DNA of 64,000 nucleotides from Candidatus Latescibacterota bacterium (GCA_965198115.1 OZ240241.1:544001-608000), one strand, 5' to 3'; positions 31,952 to 41,572 are shown, counted from the first letter of the stretch. The notes: generated by a model from the sequence alone, not told the origin. Made by a program: numbers and translations.

Positions 31952-32998
31952 TTATTGGACCCTTCCTCTGCCAGCGACACGCCACGTTGCTTCGACGAAC
32001 CCGTTGCGGACGGCGAAAACTTCGTCGTGCAGGTTGGTCGTCATGCCCTGGTGAAGGGGAATGACGGATAGACGATCACCGACCGTGAAGACGTGATCGC
32101 ATTCGGAGACGTCGATGTGGCCGTGTTCAACCGACATGCCGGTGATCTTTGCGTCTGGGTGTTCGACGATGTAGCCGTAGGGGGTTGGCGCGTAGCTTGT
32201 GAACGTCTTCTGGCCGCCGTCGACGATGACCCGGTCCTCCGTAGGCGTGCTGACGACGGTGACGATCATCCGCTCAGCGCACGTCGTGGGATTGGGTGGA
32301 TTGCGGTCACGGTTGATGCGACGCAGCCCTTCGAACACGTAAGAGCCAATCCGTGTTTCAGTGCATCCGATGGCCTTCGACACTTCGGCCGTTCCCGTGC
32401 CCCCACCGCTGATCGTGTTGAGGGGGAGACCGGCTTCCGAAGCGAGTTGCTTGACACGGTCGAGGAAGGTTTTTGCCCGTTCGTTGCTGGGATAAGTCAT
32501 GATGCCTTCGAAGTCGAGACCGCGTGAAGCGGCTATCAACCTGGCGAGTTCGATCGCCGCCTCCGGTGACTGAACGCCGCAGCGGTTGCCCCCCGTATCG
32601 CACTCGACGATCACGCGAACGGTCACACCGTGGCGGTCGACGGCTTCCGCGAGCCCCTGGACGGTGACGTCGGAATCGGCAGCGACCGTCATTTTTGCAC
32701 GGCCCGCGATGGCGCACAACCGGTCGAGCTTGGTCTTTCCGACGATGTTGTAAGGGATCAGGATGTCGTCCAGACCGGATTCGACCATGGCTTCGGCTTC
32801 ACCCACCTTCTGGCAGACGATGCCGATCGCGCCGGCGGCGACCTGCATCTTCGCGATTTCTGGAATCTTGTGCGTCTTCGTGTGAACACGCAACAGGATG
32901 TCGTGGGTGTGACACGCTTCCTGGGTATCGCGGATGTTCTTTTCGAGGATGTCGAGATCGATTGTGAGCGCGGGTGTATCGAGGTTGTCAATGGTCAT
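31952..32998 (-). CDS. D-threonine aldolase / D-serine dehydratase-like PLP-dependent enzyme
   Basis: DTPAL.IDLD, LRVHTKTHK, CQKVGEAE, DGGQK, SVEHG; start ATG 32998. Confidence 0.88.
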   Translation of the reverse strand: MTIDNLDTPALTIDLDILEKNIRDTQEACHTHDILLRVHTKTHKIPEIAKMQVAAGAIGIVCQKVGEAEAMVESGLDDILIPYNIVGKTKLDRLCAIAGRAKMTVAADSDVTVQGLAEAVDRHGVTVRVIVECDTGGNRCGVQSPEAAIELARLIAASRGLDFEGIMTYPSNERAKTFLDRVKQLASEAGLPLNTISGGGTGTAEVSKAIGCTETRIGSYVFEGLRRINRDRNPPNPTTCAERMIVTVVSTPTEDRVIVDGGQKTFTSYAPTPYGYIVEHPDAKITGMSVEHGHIDVSECDHVFTVGDRLSVIPLHQGMTTNLHDEVFAVRNGFVEATWRVAGRGRVQ

Positions 32999-33247
32999 CG
33001 TATTTCTATCTGTCTTGCACTTCGCGCCGTTGTGGGCGGTCGGCTGTCGGCGGAAGAGACGGCTTCGCCCTAACGGTGGAAGTGAAAGGTGAGTTGGAGA
33101 AGGACGCGATGGCGACAATCTGCTGTCGGAACTGTTGCAATATAAATCGATGATCGTTTTCGCAAAGTATTCTGCGAAGCAACTAAGAATGCCAACATCG
33201 GCCGACTGCCGACTTACCCACCGCCCACAGTGTTTCCATCGGCTTTC

Positions 33248-33276
33248 TTGACACCCTGTGTGAGGACGTCTATGTT
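33248..33276 (+). promoter_or_regulatory. putative sigma70 promoter
   Basis: TTGACA-17 bp-TATGTT ~40 bp upstream of the oxidoreductase start. Confidence 0.6.
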
Positions 33277-33314
33277 TCGGCTCGATCGAAGCACACTGTA
33301 ACGGGGAGACATCG

Positions 33315-34289
33315 ATGGCAATCAAGGTGGGGTTTGTCGGGGCCGGAGGGCGAGCGCGGGGACATATGAAGGCGCTGGCGGCGATCGAGGATGTGGAACT
33401 GGCCGCGATCTGTGACGTCAACGAGGGGACAGCGTCGGAAGCGACGGCCGATCACGGTGGAAAGGTCTACACGGACCACAAAGTGATGCTGGATACGGAA
33501 TCGCTCGACGCGATGTATGTCGTCGTGCCGACGTTCGCGCACTTCGACGCGGAGACGATGGCGGCGGAGCGGGGAATCCATCTTTTTTTGGAAAAGCCGG
33601 TTGCGCCGTCGATGGAGAAAGCAATCGAGATCAACGACACGATCAAGCAAGCGGGTGTTCTGTCGTCGGTCGGGTATCAGCTACGCTACTTCGGGGCCGT
33701 TCAGCAGGCGAAGCAGTTTCTGGCGGACAAGACGATCGGTATGGTCGTTTCCCATCGATGGGGCGGATTGCCCGGCACGCCGTGGTGGCGGATCATGGCC
33801 CAGTCGGGCGGGCAGCTGGTGGAACAAACGACGCATCAGGTCGACATGATCCGATACATCGCTGGCGAGATCGAGGAAGTTTCCGCCTATTACGCGCTGC
33901 GAACGCTGGGTGAGGTCGAGCATCTTGACATTCCCGATGTCTACGCCCTGTCGTTCAAGTTCGACAGCGGTGCCGTCGGTGTGCTCAGCTCGACGTGTGT
34001 GATGCGTGAGGGCGGAGGGTCGAGCGGCATCGAGTTTATTCTCGGGGACTCCCGTCTCGCACTGACGGGGGCCACGGCCGAGCTAATGCCCGAGGGCGCC
34101 GGATCCTTGCCCGCTGCTCCGGAGAACGAGGATATCGACGAGGTGTTCATCGGTGCGATCCGAAAAGGGGATGGATCGGGGATCCGCTCCGACTTCGAGG
34201 ATGGCGTGAGGTCGTTGGAGGTGACCCTCGCGGCTAACCGATCGGCCGAGACGGGCCAGCCTTCGCGTATGTCCTTCGGACGGGGATGA
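33315..34289 (+). CDS. Gfo/Idh/MocA family oxidoreductase
   Basis: VGFVGAG, FLEKP, SGGQLVEQTTHQVD. Confidence 0.92.
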   Translation: MAIKVGFVGAGGRARGHMKALAAIEDVELAAICDVNEGTASEATADHGGKVYTDHKVMLDTESLDAMYVVVPTFAHFDAETMAAERGIHLFLEKPVAPSMEKAIEINDTIKQAGVLSSVGYQLRYFGAVQQAKQFLADKTIGMVVSHRWGGLPGTPWWRIMAQSGGQLVEQTTHQVDMIRYIAGEIEEVSAYYALRTLGEVEHLDIPDVYALSFKFDSGAVGVLSSTCVMREGGGSSGIEFILGDSRLALTGATAELMPEGAGSLPAAPENEDIDEVFIGAIRKGDGSGIRSDFEDGVRSLEVTLAANRSAETGQPSRMSFGRG

Positions 34290-34299
34290 GTCGAGCGCT

Positions 34300-34971
34300 A
34301 TGACCCGTCGGCGAAAGGAACAGAAGAAACCCACGACGCTTTACGAGTTCGCGAAAACGATCTTGTCGGTCGTTCTGCTGGTCATCCTGATTCGATCGAC
34401 CCTCGTCCAGGCGTATCACATTCCCTCCGGGTCGATGGAGGACACGCTGCTCGAAGGTGACTACGTCTTGGGCGACAAGCTGACGTTCGGAACACAGATC
34501 CCGGATCGATTGCCGATCCTGAACCTGAAGCTGCCGTCGTTTCGTATGCCGGGATTCTGGGATCCCGAACCCGGCGACCTGGTGATTTTCGAGTTTCCGG
34601 AAGATTCGTCGAAGGATTTCATCAAACGCTGTGTTGCGGTGGGTGGGCAGACGATCGAGGTCCGGAATCAGCAGGTTTTCGTGAATGGCGAACCGTTCGA
34701 CGATCCTCCGGGGGTCAAATACCTGCAGCGGTCGAATCTTCCGCGTCGCTTTCGACGTGCCGCATTCGGGCCAAAGCGTGTTCCGGAAAGGCACATCTTC
34801 GTGATGGGGGATAACCGCGACAACAGCTACGATTCGCGTATCTGGGGTCCGGTTTCGCTCGAGAAGATCAAGGCGCATCCGCTCGTTATCTACTATTCGT
34901 GGGATCGGGACATTCCGATTTGGCAGATCTGGCGCAAGGTTCGGTGGTGGCGGTTGGGGCCTATATGGTGA
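34300..34971 (+). CDS. lepB: signal peptidase I
   Basis: IPSGSMEDTL (Ser), FIKRC (Lys), MGDNRDNSYDSR. Confidence 0.95.
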   Translation: MTRRRKEQKKPTTLYEFAKTILSVVLLVILIRSTLVQAYHIPSGSMEDTLLEGDYVLGDKLTFGTQIPDRLPILNLKLPSFRMPGFWDPEPGDLVIFEFPEDSSKDFIKRCVAVGGQTIEVRNQQVFVNGEPFDDPPGVKYLQRSNLPRRFRRAAFGPKRVPERHIFVMGDNRDNSYDSRIWGPVSLEKIKAHPLVIYYSWDRDIPIWQIWRKVRWWRLGPIW

Positions 34972-36045
34972 AAGACGCTGAACCGTCAATGACCCTCGAC
35001 AAGCTTTACCGGCGCCGAGTGGCGACGGGAGGGCGAGCTGTTCAGTCTGTGTTCACAGGGACACCGTCACACTGTGCGGAAGCCTGCCCCGAACGAACGT
35101 GAGGGGCAGTGTCGGTCGTCGCGGCATCGATAAGTGGCTTTTATACCATAGGGTTGGGTTGGGGACTAAGTAGTGCCTAGGAGGCGTCTGGGTTCAAGAT
35201 TGGTCCGTCGGATGCCGATAGGTGTGACGCCTTGCGATAATTCTCCGCCCGGCTTAAGCTATTCGCAGAATAGGCAGAATCGTTTCAATACGGTTAACAG
35301 TGGAGACCGTTCCCTAATGAGTTGAGGGTCACCTAAGATCTGGCGGCCATGCGACATAGTGCCATAGGAGTACTTACAAGGCGCAACTGCCAAAAGCGGT
35401 TGTCGGACCTACGCCTGATGTCCCTTTCTTTACGCGAACGCGTTTGGCACATTCCGGGGGATCGGGACGCGAAACGCTCTCGACCTCCGACGGGTCCACG
35501 ACCGGCAGCACCGCCAGGGAGACGGCCGATTTTCTACCCCGCTTCGCCATTTTCGGGAAGCACCTTCAAAGCCGCCTTGTAGACAGACGCAAGCTCTTGT
35601 TTTTGCACTGGTTTAAGTGTTTCCGACACCTGAAACCCCTCTTTCGTCGACAACGGCCGCGATGCGCCCTCCGGAACTAAAATTAGGACGGATTGCAAAA
35701 GAAACGGGACATGACCGGTGTCCAAAAGAGAGCTGACCGTTTCCACCCCCCCTACCCCCCTAGTGCGGGCCTCGGGCCAGCGATGCGCCCAGGGCCAACA
35801 CCGCGCACCCCCTATGCCCGCTGGGACCTGGCCTGGCCACGTCTTGAGCCTAATCGGTCGAAACGCGCTATTTTCGCGGTTCGAGAGCCTACTTCTCGCG
35901 CGTGTGGGAAAATGAAAAGGGCGCGGTCTACATCGGGACGCCCAGAGAGTTCATCCTCCCTTATCTCCGGTCGTCAGTTCTTGGTGCGTGAGAATGCGAA
36001 TAGCGTAATCTGGACGGGAATCTATCGTAAGCCATAACACGATAG

Positions 36046-37419
36046 GAGCTATAATCAAAAGGTGTGGAAAAAGAGAAAGGGCGACCCTACCCTTCCCGTG
36101 AGATAGTTGATTCACACAAAACCGGGTGAGAGGCCCGGTTGGGAAGGAGGATCGCCGTGAAGGAACATACGCATAGAGCCCCATTGAAGTCCATGCCGAC
36201 GTGGGAGACGGTTGACGATTGGATCCGTGAAGAGATCCAGGGCCGGTTCCAGTCCATTCTGGAGGAGGAGGCGACCGCGTTCTTGGGCCGGTCGTGGTAT
36301 GAGCGCCGAGCCGAGGTCGATAGCTCCACGGGCTACAGGAACGGCTACGGCAAGCCCCGGCGTCTCTCGACGAGCTGCGGAACGATCAAGGTCCGGCGTC
36401 CCCGGGTTCGTGGTCTGGAAGAGCGGTTTGAAAGCCGCATCCTCCTCCTGTTCGCCCGGAGAACCAGGGCCATTGGAGATCTGCTTCCCGACCTTTATCT
36501 CCACGGTCTCTCCCAGGGCGACTTCGAGTTGTCTTTGCGTGCGCTGCTCGGTGATGGCGCGCCGCTTTCGCCGACCTCGATCGCTCGTCTTCGAGGGAAG
36601 TGGGAGGTCGACTTCCAGGACTGGAAAGAAAGGCGTCTGGATAATCGCGAACTGGTCTACGCCTGGGCTGATGGCATCTACGTCAAAGCCGGGCTCGAGC
36701 GCGAGAAGGCGTGTCTGCTGGTCGTGATCGGCGCGATGAGCGACGGCAGCAAGGAGATCCTGGCGATAGAACCCGGTTATCGAGAGTCTACAGAATCCTG
36801 GCTCACGGTGCTCCGGGATCTCCGGGATCGCGGGCTCGAACATCCTGTCCTGATCGCCGCGGACGGGAATATGGGCATCTGGGCGGCCGTTGATCAGGTC
36901 TGGCCAGAGAGCCGGCAACAACGGTGCTGGAACCACAAGATCCTCAACGTGCTCGACAAGGTCGCCAAGCGTGCACAGGCTGAAGCCCGCGCACTGCTCG
37001 TCCAGATCCCCTATGCCGGCACGAAAAAGGAGGCCGAGAAGCTCCGGAAACGCTTTGCCGCACGGTATCGCTCACAGTTCCCTGCCGCCGTGGAGACGCT
37101 CGAAAGAGACTGGGATCGGATGGTCACGTTCTACGACTTCCCGAAGGAACACTGGAAACACCTGAGAACCACGAACGTCGTCGAGAGCCCCTTTGCTTCC
37201 GTTCGGCTTCGCACAAACGCCGCCAGGCGATTCAAGAAAGTCAGGAACGCCACGGCTCTCATCTGGCGTACGCTCAAGGTCGCAGAGAGCCGATTCAGGA
37301 AACTCACCGCGCCACACTTGCTACAACAAGTCTACGATCAGAAACACTCAACCGGACCGCAGGTCGAAACCGGGAAGATGGCCGCCTGATTTCTTTTACA
37401 CACCTATTGACCTGAGCTC
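36046..37419 (+). mobile_element. IS256-family insertion sequence A, copy 2 (1374 bp)
   Basis: Near-identical to copy 1, inverted; 8-bp TSD CACGATAG at 36038-36045 and 37420-37427. Confidence 0.95.
36139..37389 (+). CDS. IS256-family transposase
   Basis: Differs from copy 1 at three visible residues (R/T, P/L, T/A). Confidence 0.93.
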   Translation: MGRRIAVKEHTHRAPLKSMPTWETVDDWIREEIQGRFQSILEEEATAFLGRSWYERRAEVDSSTGYRNGYGKPRRLSTSCGTIKVRRPRVRGLEERFESRILLLFARRTRAIGDLLPDLYLHGLSQGDFELSLRALLGDGAPLSPTSIARLRGKWEVDFQDWKERRLDNRELVYAWADGIYVKAGLEREKACLLVVIGAMSDGSKEILAIEPGYRESTESWLTVLRDLRDRGLEHPVLIAADGNMGIWAAVDQVWPESRQQRCWNHKILNVLDKVAKRAQAEARALLVQIPYAGTKKEAEKLRKRFAARYRSQFPAAVETLERDWDRMVTFYDFPKEHWKHLRTTNVVESPFASVRLRTNAARRFKKVRNATALIWRTLKVAESRFRKLTAPHLLQQVYDQKHSTGPQVETGKMAA

Positions 37420-37574
37420 CACGATAGGTAACATTGACCAAGCGGTATCACTTGCTTCGACGAGGCTCTCTCGGGCTCCGCGGCCCGGAGAGCCTTTTAT
37501 ACCAACCGCGGAAAGTGATGATAGCCCCACGGCATCGGCCGGATGGGGCTTTTTCTGTGGGGAAAACCAAGGAA

Positions 37575-37697
37575 ACCACTGAGGACACGGAGGGGGGAGG
37601 CTGGAGGGTACGCTATGGCCCTATTCGGGGAGAGGATCGAGGTTCGGATAATTGAGGACCCGAGACAAGCCACGAAATACACAAGAAGCGCGGAAGG
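37575..37697 (+). repeat. second copy of the composite GCCCTATTCGGGG repeat
   Basis: CCACTGAGGACACGGAG ... GCCCTATTCGGGGAGAGGATCGAGGT (37618-37643) ... CCACGAAATACAC. Confidence 0.75.
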
Positions 37698-37750
37698 ATT
37701 CACGATCGGTGCGATGCAGCCATGCCCCATTCAAAGGGACCACACCGCGT

Positions 37751-37794
37751 CCCCTCGTTACAACCCTGCCGGAAGGCAGGGTTGTAACGAGGGG
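37751..37794. repeat. perfect 20-bp inverted repeat with GGAA loop
   Basis: CCCCTCGTTACAACCCTGCC-GGAA-GGCAGGGTTGTAACGAGGGG. Confidence 0.9.
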
Positions 37795-37964
37795 CGCCCT
37801 GGTTGTGTACGCACGGCGCACGGGCCTGGCGGGGAGGAGATGGAATAGGGCGACCTGAGGGTGTGTCCAGAGATTTGTGTAACTGGTGACACGATTACTT
37901 TAACGGGACACGATCTTCGAACATGATGGCGAACCGGTTGATGGCCCCATTCCAATCGTTCAGT

Positions 37965-39118
37965 TGACCTGCCCCCCTGGATTGTTCCCATTCCTAAAGT
38001 TAGGATATCGGAACATAGAAAGGGGGCCGAATGGCCAGGAAGCGATACACAGCGGAGCAGATCATCGGACATCTCCGTCAGGCAGAGATTCGTATATCGT
38101 AAGGCAAGACGGTCGGCGAGGTCTCGCGTGAGCTTGGCGTCAGCGAACAGACCTATTACCGGTGGCGCAAGGAATACGGCGGTATGGAGGTCGACCAGGT
38201 CCGCCGGCTGAAGGAGCTGGAGCAAGAGAACGGGCGTCTGAAACGTCTTGTGGCCGACCAGGCCCTGGATATCTCGATTCTCAAGGAGGTGTCCCGGGGA
38301 AACTTCTGAGCCCGACGCGGCGAAGGAAGGCGGTCGGGCACGTGCGTGAGGCCCTGGCTGTCTCGGAGCGTCGGGCGTGCCGTGTGCTGGGTCAGGTGCG
38401 CCGTACCCAGCGATACACGCTCAAGGTGGCGGACGGCGAGACCGTCCTGACCGCGAACATCGTCTCTCTGGCCAGCGAATATGGACGTTATGGCTACCGT
38501 CGAATCACGGCTCTTCTTAGGACCGATGGCTGGCGGGTGAACCACAAGCGGGTGGAGCGGATCTGGCGTCAGGAGGGGCTGAAGGTGCCCGCTAGGCAGC
38601 CGAAGCGGGGTCGACTTTGGCTCAACGACGGCTCCTGCATCAGACTCAGACCCGAGCATCGTAACCACGTCTGGGCCTACGACTTCGTGTTCGATCGCAC
38701 ACGTGAAGGGAGGCCGTTGAAGTTCCTGACAGTCGTGGATGAATACACGCGTGAGTGCCTGACCATCGAGGTCGCTCGCAAGCAAACATCACGGGACGTT
38801 CTGCGGACGTTGGCGAAGCTGATGCTGAGGTATGGTGTCCCGAAACACATCAGATCGGATAACGGGCCGGAGTTTGTAGCCAAAGCGGTTCGGGACTGGC
38901 TCTCGAGGTTGGAGGTCGGAACTTTGTTCATCGAGCCGGGCAGCCCGTGGGAGAACGGATACATCGAGAGCTTCAACGGGAAGCTCAGAGACGAGCTACT
39001 CAACGGTGAGATCTTCACGACCTTGGAGGAGGCTAGGGTGTTGACCAAGTGGTGGCGAAACAATGTCACCCCGGTACGCTTCTTGGCCGGGGTCCATTCT
39101 ACTTTGCCACAACTATAG
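37965..39118 (+). mobile_element. IS3-family element, right end truncated (orfA 38031-38309, orfB in -1 frame to 39118)
   Basis: Left end TGACCTGCCCCC; orfA MARKRYTAEQII; slippery G-GGA-AAC at 38297-38303; rve motifs WAYDF, SDNGPEF, SPWENGYIESFNGKLRDE. The usual YNxxRPH C-terminus and right IR are not visible. Confidence 0.88.
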
Positions 39119-39227
39119 AAACGATCCCTAGCTACCGAGACGACCACACCAACAATGAGTTTCGTGTGTCTTTGACCTGGTGTATCAATTGGGCCCATTG
39201 AGTTCCATCCTTTCTGATCCCGAGTTC

Positions 39228-40337
39228 ATGATCACTTCCCACACAGACGTCGTTGGAAGCTTGCTCCGCCCCGACAGATTGCTGGCGGCGCGTGAGGCGT
39301 TGGCAGCGGGGGAGATGGACGAGGCTTCCTTCAGGGAGGTGGAGGACTGGGCGGTGGATGTGGCGATTCGATTGCAGGAGGAGGCGGGGCTCGAGGTGGT
39401 GACGGATGGGGAGATGCGCCGGCTGTCGTTCCAGAGTCAGATGACGGAGGCAGTCGATGGGTTCGGGGAATACGATCTGGATGCGTTCCTGTGGGGAGAA
39501 TGGAAGGGTGACGAGGCGGTAGGGGATCGAGCGATCGACCGGCCCCCCTCGTTGGGTGTCGTGAGCAAGCTCAGACGCCGCCGGCACCTGTCTACGGATG
39601 AATTCGTTTATCTCAGAGACCGCACGGATCGTGTTGCGAAGGTGACGCTGCCGAGCGCGAGTCTATGGGCGAATTTCTGGTCGCCCGAGATCAGCACCGA
39701 CGTCTATCCGACGCTCGATTCATTCCTGGCGGACGTGACAGACATCCTGCGTGAAGAGGTCGATGCGCTCGTCGGATTGGGTGCGACCTACATTCAGATC
39801 GACGCGCCCCATTACACGATGATGATCGACCCGGAGACGCGGACCTTTTACGAATCGCAGGGATGGGATCTGGAGAGGTGGTTGTCAGCCGGGATCGAGA
39901 TGGACAACGCGGTGATGGCGGGACATCCTGATGTCACCTTCGGGTTTCATCTATGACGGGGGAATCAGGGCAGCCGGTGGCTGCTCGAAGGAGACTACGC
40001 GCCGATCGCACGGGAGATCTTTACGAAGATCCACGCCCAGCGTTTATTGCTCGAGTACGACGACGATCGGTCCGGATCGTTCGAGGTATTGTCCGCCGTT
40101 CCGGATGACAAGATGGTGGTGCTGGGCCTTGTATCGACCAAGCGACCTGCGCTCGAGTCGGCGGATGCGCTCGTAGAACGTGTTCGTGAAGCTTATAATT
40201 TTTTCCCTATCGATCACATGGCCATCAGCCCACAGTGTGGTTTTGCAACGTCCGTGGTCGGGAACGCCCTCTCCCACGAAGAACAGTGGAGGAAGCTTGC
40301 ACGCGTCGTCGAAGTGGCGGGTGAGCTCTGGGGATAA
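39228..40337 (+). CDS. cobalamin-independent methionine synthase II family protein (MetE catalytic-domain-like), probable selenoprotein with UGA at 39954-39956
   Basis: VVGSLLRP, VTDGEMRR, YIQIDAP, FHL*RGN, LLEYD, LGLVSTK, SPQCGF. The ORF-track pieces 39180-39956 and 40047-40337 are in the same frame; 369 codons if UGA is decoded. Confidence 0.85.
39968..39986 (+). promoter_or_regulatory. candidate bacterial SECIS hairpin
   Basis: GGGCAGCC-GGT-GGCTGCTC starting 11 nt after the UGA; G-G-U apical loop. Confidence 0.7.
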
Positions 40338-40352
40338 TGAAAAACCTAAACA

Positions 40353-40424
40353 AGCCACTGAGAACACGGAGGGTGTGAGGACGGCCGAACTATGGTAGCC
40401 CTATTCGGGGCGACGCTCTGAGGT
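40353..40424 (+). repeat. third copy of the composite GCCCTATTCGGGG repeat
   Basis: CCACTGAGAACACGGAG ... GCCCTATTCGGGGCGACGCTCTGAGGT (40398-40424). Confidence 0.7.
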
Positions 40425-40475
40425 CGCGCGAACCACCTTCCGGCGGGGCAGGATCGAACGAAAAGGCACGACGGG

Positions 40476-40558
40476 CGGATCATGCGGAACACTATGTGTT
40501 GGGGAGCCCCGTAGGGGCGAACGATAATAGCCGGGGGCGTAAGCCCCCGGATCATGCG
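40476..40558. repeat. REP-like double hairpin flanked by 11-bp direct repeats
   Basis: GCCCC-GTA-GGGGC and CCGGGGGC-GTAA-GCCCCCGG; CGGATCATGCG at both ends. Confidence 0.65.
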
Positions 40559-40690
40559 CAACGACTCATTACCCGGCGCCGCGATCAGGATCGACAGCCA
40601 GGATGGATATCCACCCGGCGCCACGTGGCCGATCGTAATGACGTAATCCATTTGCCTGCCGCTCATTTCGGCGCCTAGTGGCGAATCTCA

Positions 40691-41521
40691 ATGAGTGAGT
40701 ATTCGGAGAAGACGATGACTCAGGAACAGACTACGCATTTTGAGACGTTGGGGTTTCTTCAGTGCAAAGGGCTGTTCGCGGCGGATGAAATGCGGATCCT
40801 TGCGGATGCGTTCGACGCGGCCATGGTGCGTGCGCGGGATGGGGCACCGCCTCCTGCGGCGGGCGAGAAGCGGCAGCAGGTGGTTCCGTTCTTCGATTAC
40901 GATTCGGATGCTTTCTATCCGTTGCTCGATGACGATCGGATTATGGATGTGTTCGAGACGCTGATGGGCGATGATTTCATCTTCACCTTGAGCGAGGGCA
41001 TCATCCACACGGGCGGATCCCGATGGCATCACGATGCGCTCGCGCCTGAGGGGTTCTTCAGCATGCGGGCGGCACTCTACCTGGATTCGCTCGGACCGGA
41101 CGACGGATGCCTGAGCGTGATCCCGGGCAGCCATCACTCGGCGTTCGGGATGGCCATCAAGGAGACGATCGGGGAGCTCGGCATCAGCCCGGAAGAGATG
41201 CCGGGCAGGTATTCGCTCGTCAACGAGCCGGGTGACGTGATCTTCATGAATCACAAGGTCTACCACTCGGCGCTGAGCGAACACTACGGGCGTCGTGCCA
41301 TCCACATTAATTGCCTGCCCAATACGACGCCCGAACAGAATGAAGAGCACTTTGCGTGGTTGATGAAGTTTCTGACGGGTGAGACGAAGGGTTGGGGGCG
41401 TTTCTACAGCGATCGGTTGATCGAGACAGCGGGTCCGCGTCGTAAGAAGATGCTCTCAAGGGCGATCGAACTCGGGTTTGGGAGTACGGGACCGATTTCG
41501 CATCTGCAGGATCTGAAATAG
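40691..41521 (+). CDS. phytanoyl-CoA dioxygenase (PhyH) family Fe(II)/2OG oxygenase
   Basis: WHHD, GCLSVIPGSH, PGDVIF...YHSA...RR. Confidence 0.88.
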   Translation: MSEYSEKTMTQEQTTHFETLGFLQCKGLFAADEMRILADAFDAAMVRARDGAPPPAAGEKRQQVVPFFDYDSDAFYPLLDDDRIMDVFETLMGDDFIFTLSEGIIHTGGSRWHHDALAPEGFFSMRAALYLDSLGPDDGCLSVIPGSHHSAFGMAIKETIGELGISPEEMPGRYSLVNEPGDVIFMNHKVYHSALSEHYGRRAIHINCLPNTTPEQNEEHFAWLMKFLTGETKGWGRFYSDRLIETAGPRRKKMLSRAIELGFGSTGPISHLQDLK

Positions 41522-41545
41522 ACCTCTGTCACATAGGAATGTTGA

Positions 41546-41572
41546 AGCCCCGACTGACTGTCAGTCGGGGCT
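41546..41572. terminator. 12-bp hairpin, probable terminator
   Basis: AGCCCCGACTGA-CTG-TCAGTCGGGGCT followed by ATTT. Confidence 0.7.

Noticed and set aside
30324-37419. Composite transposon formed by the two inverted IS256-A copies
   Set aside because: Each copy has its own distinct 8-bp TSD, so they are independent insertions with no sign of joint movement or inversion
39954-39956. Genome-wide UGA reassignment (Trp/Gly) as explanation of the in-frame TGA
   Set aside because: Many core genes here (efp, accB, gcvH, trpS, rpsA) end in TGA at expected lengths, and Trp is encoded by TGG
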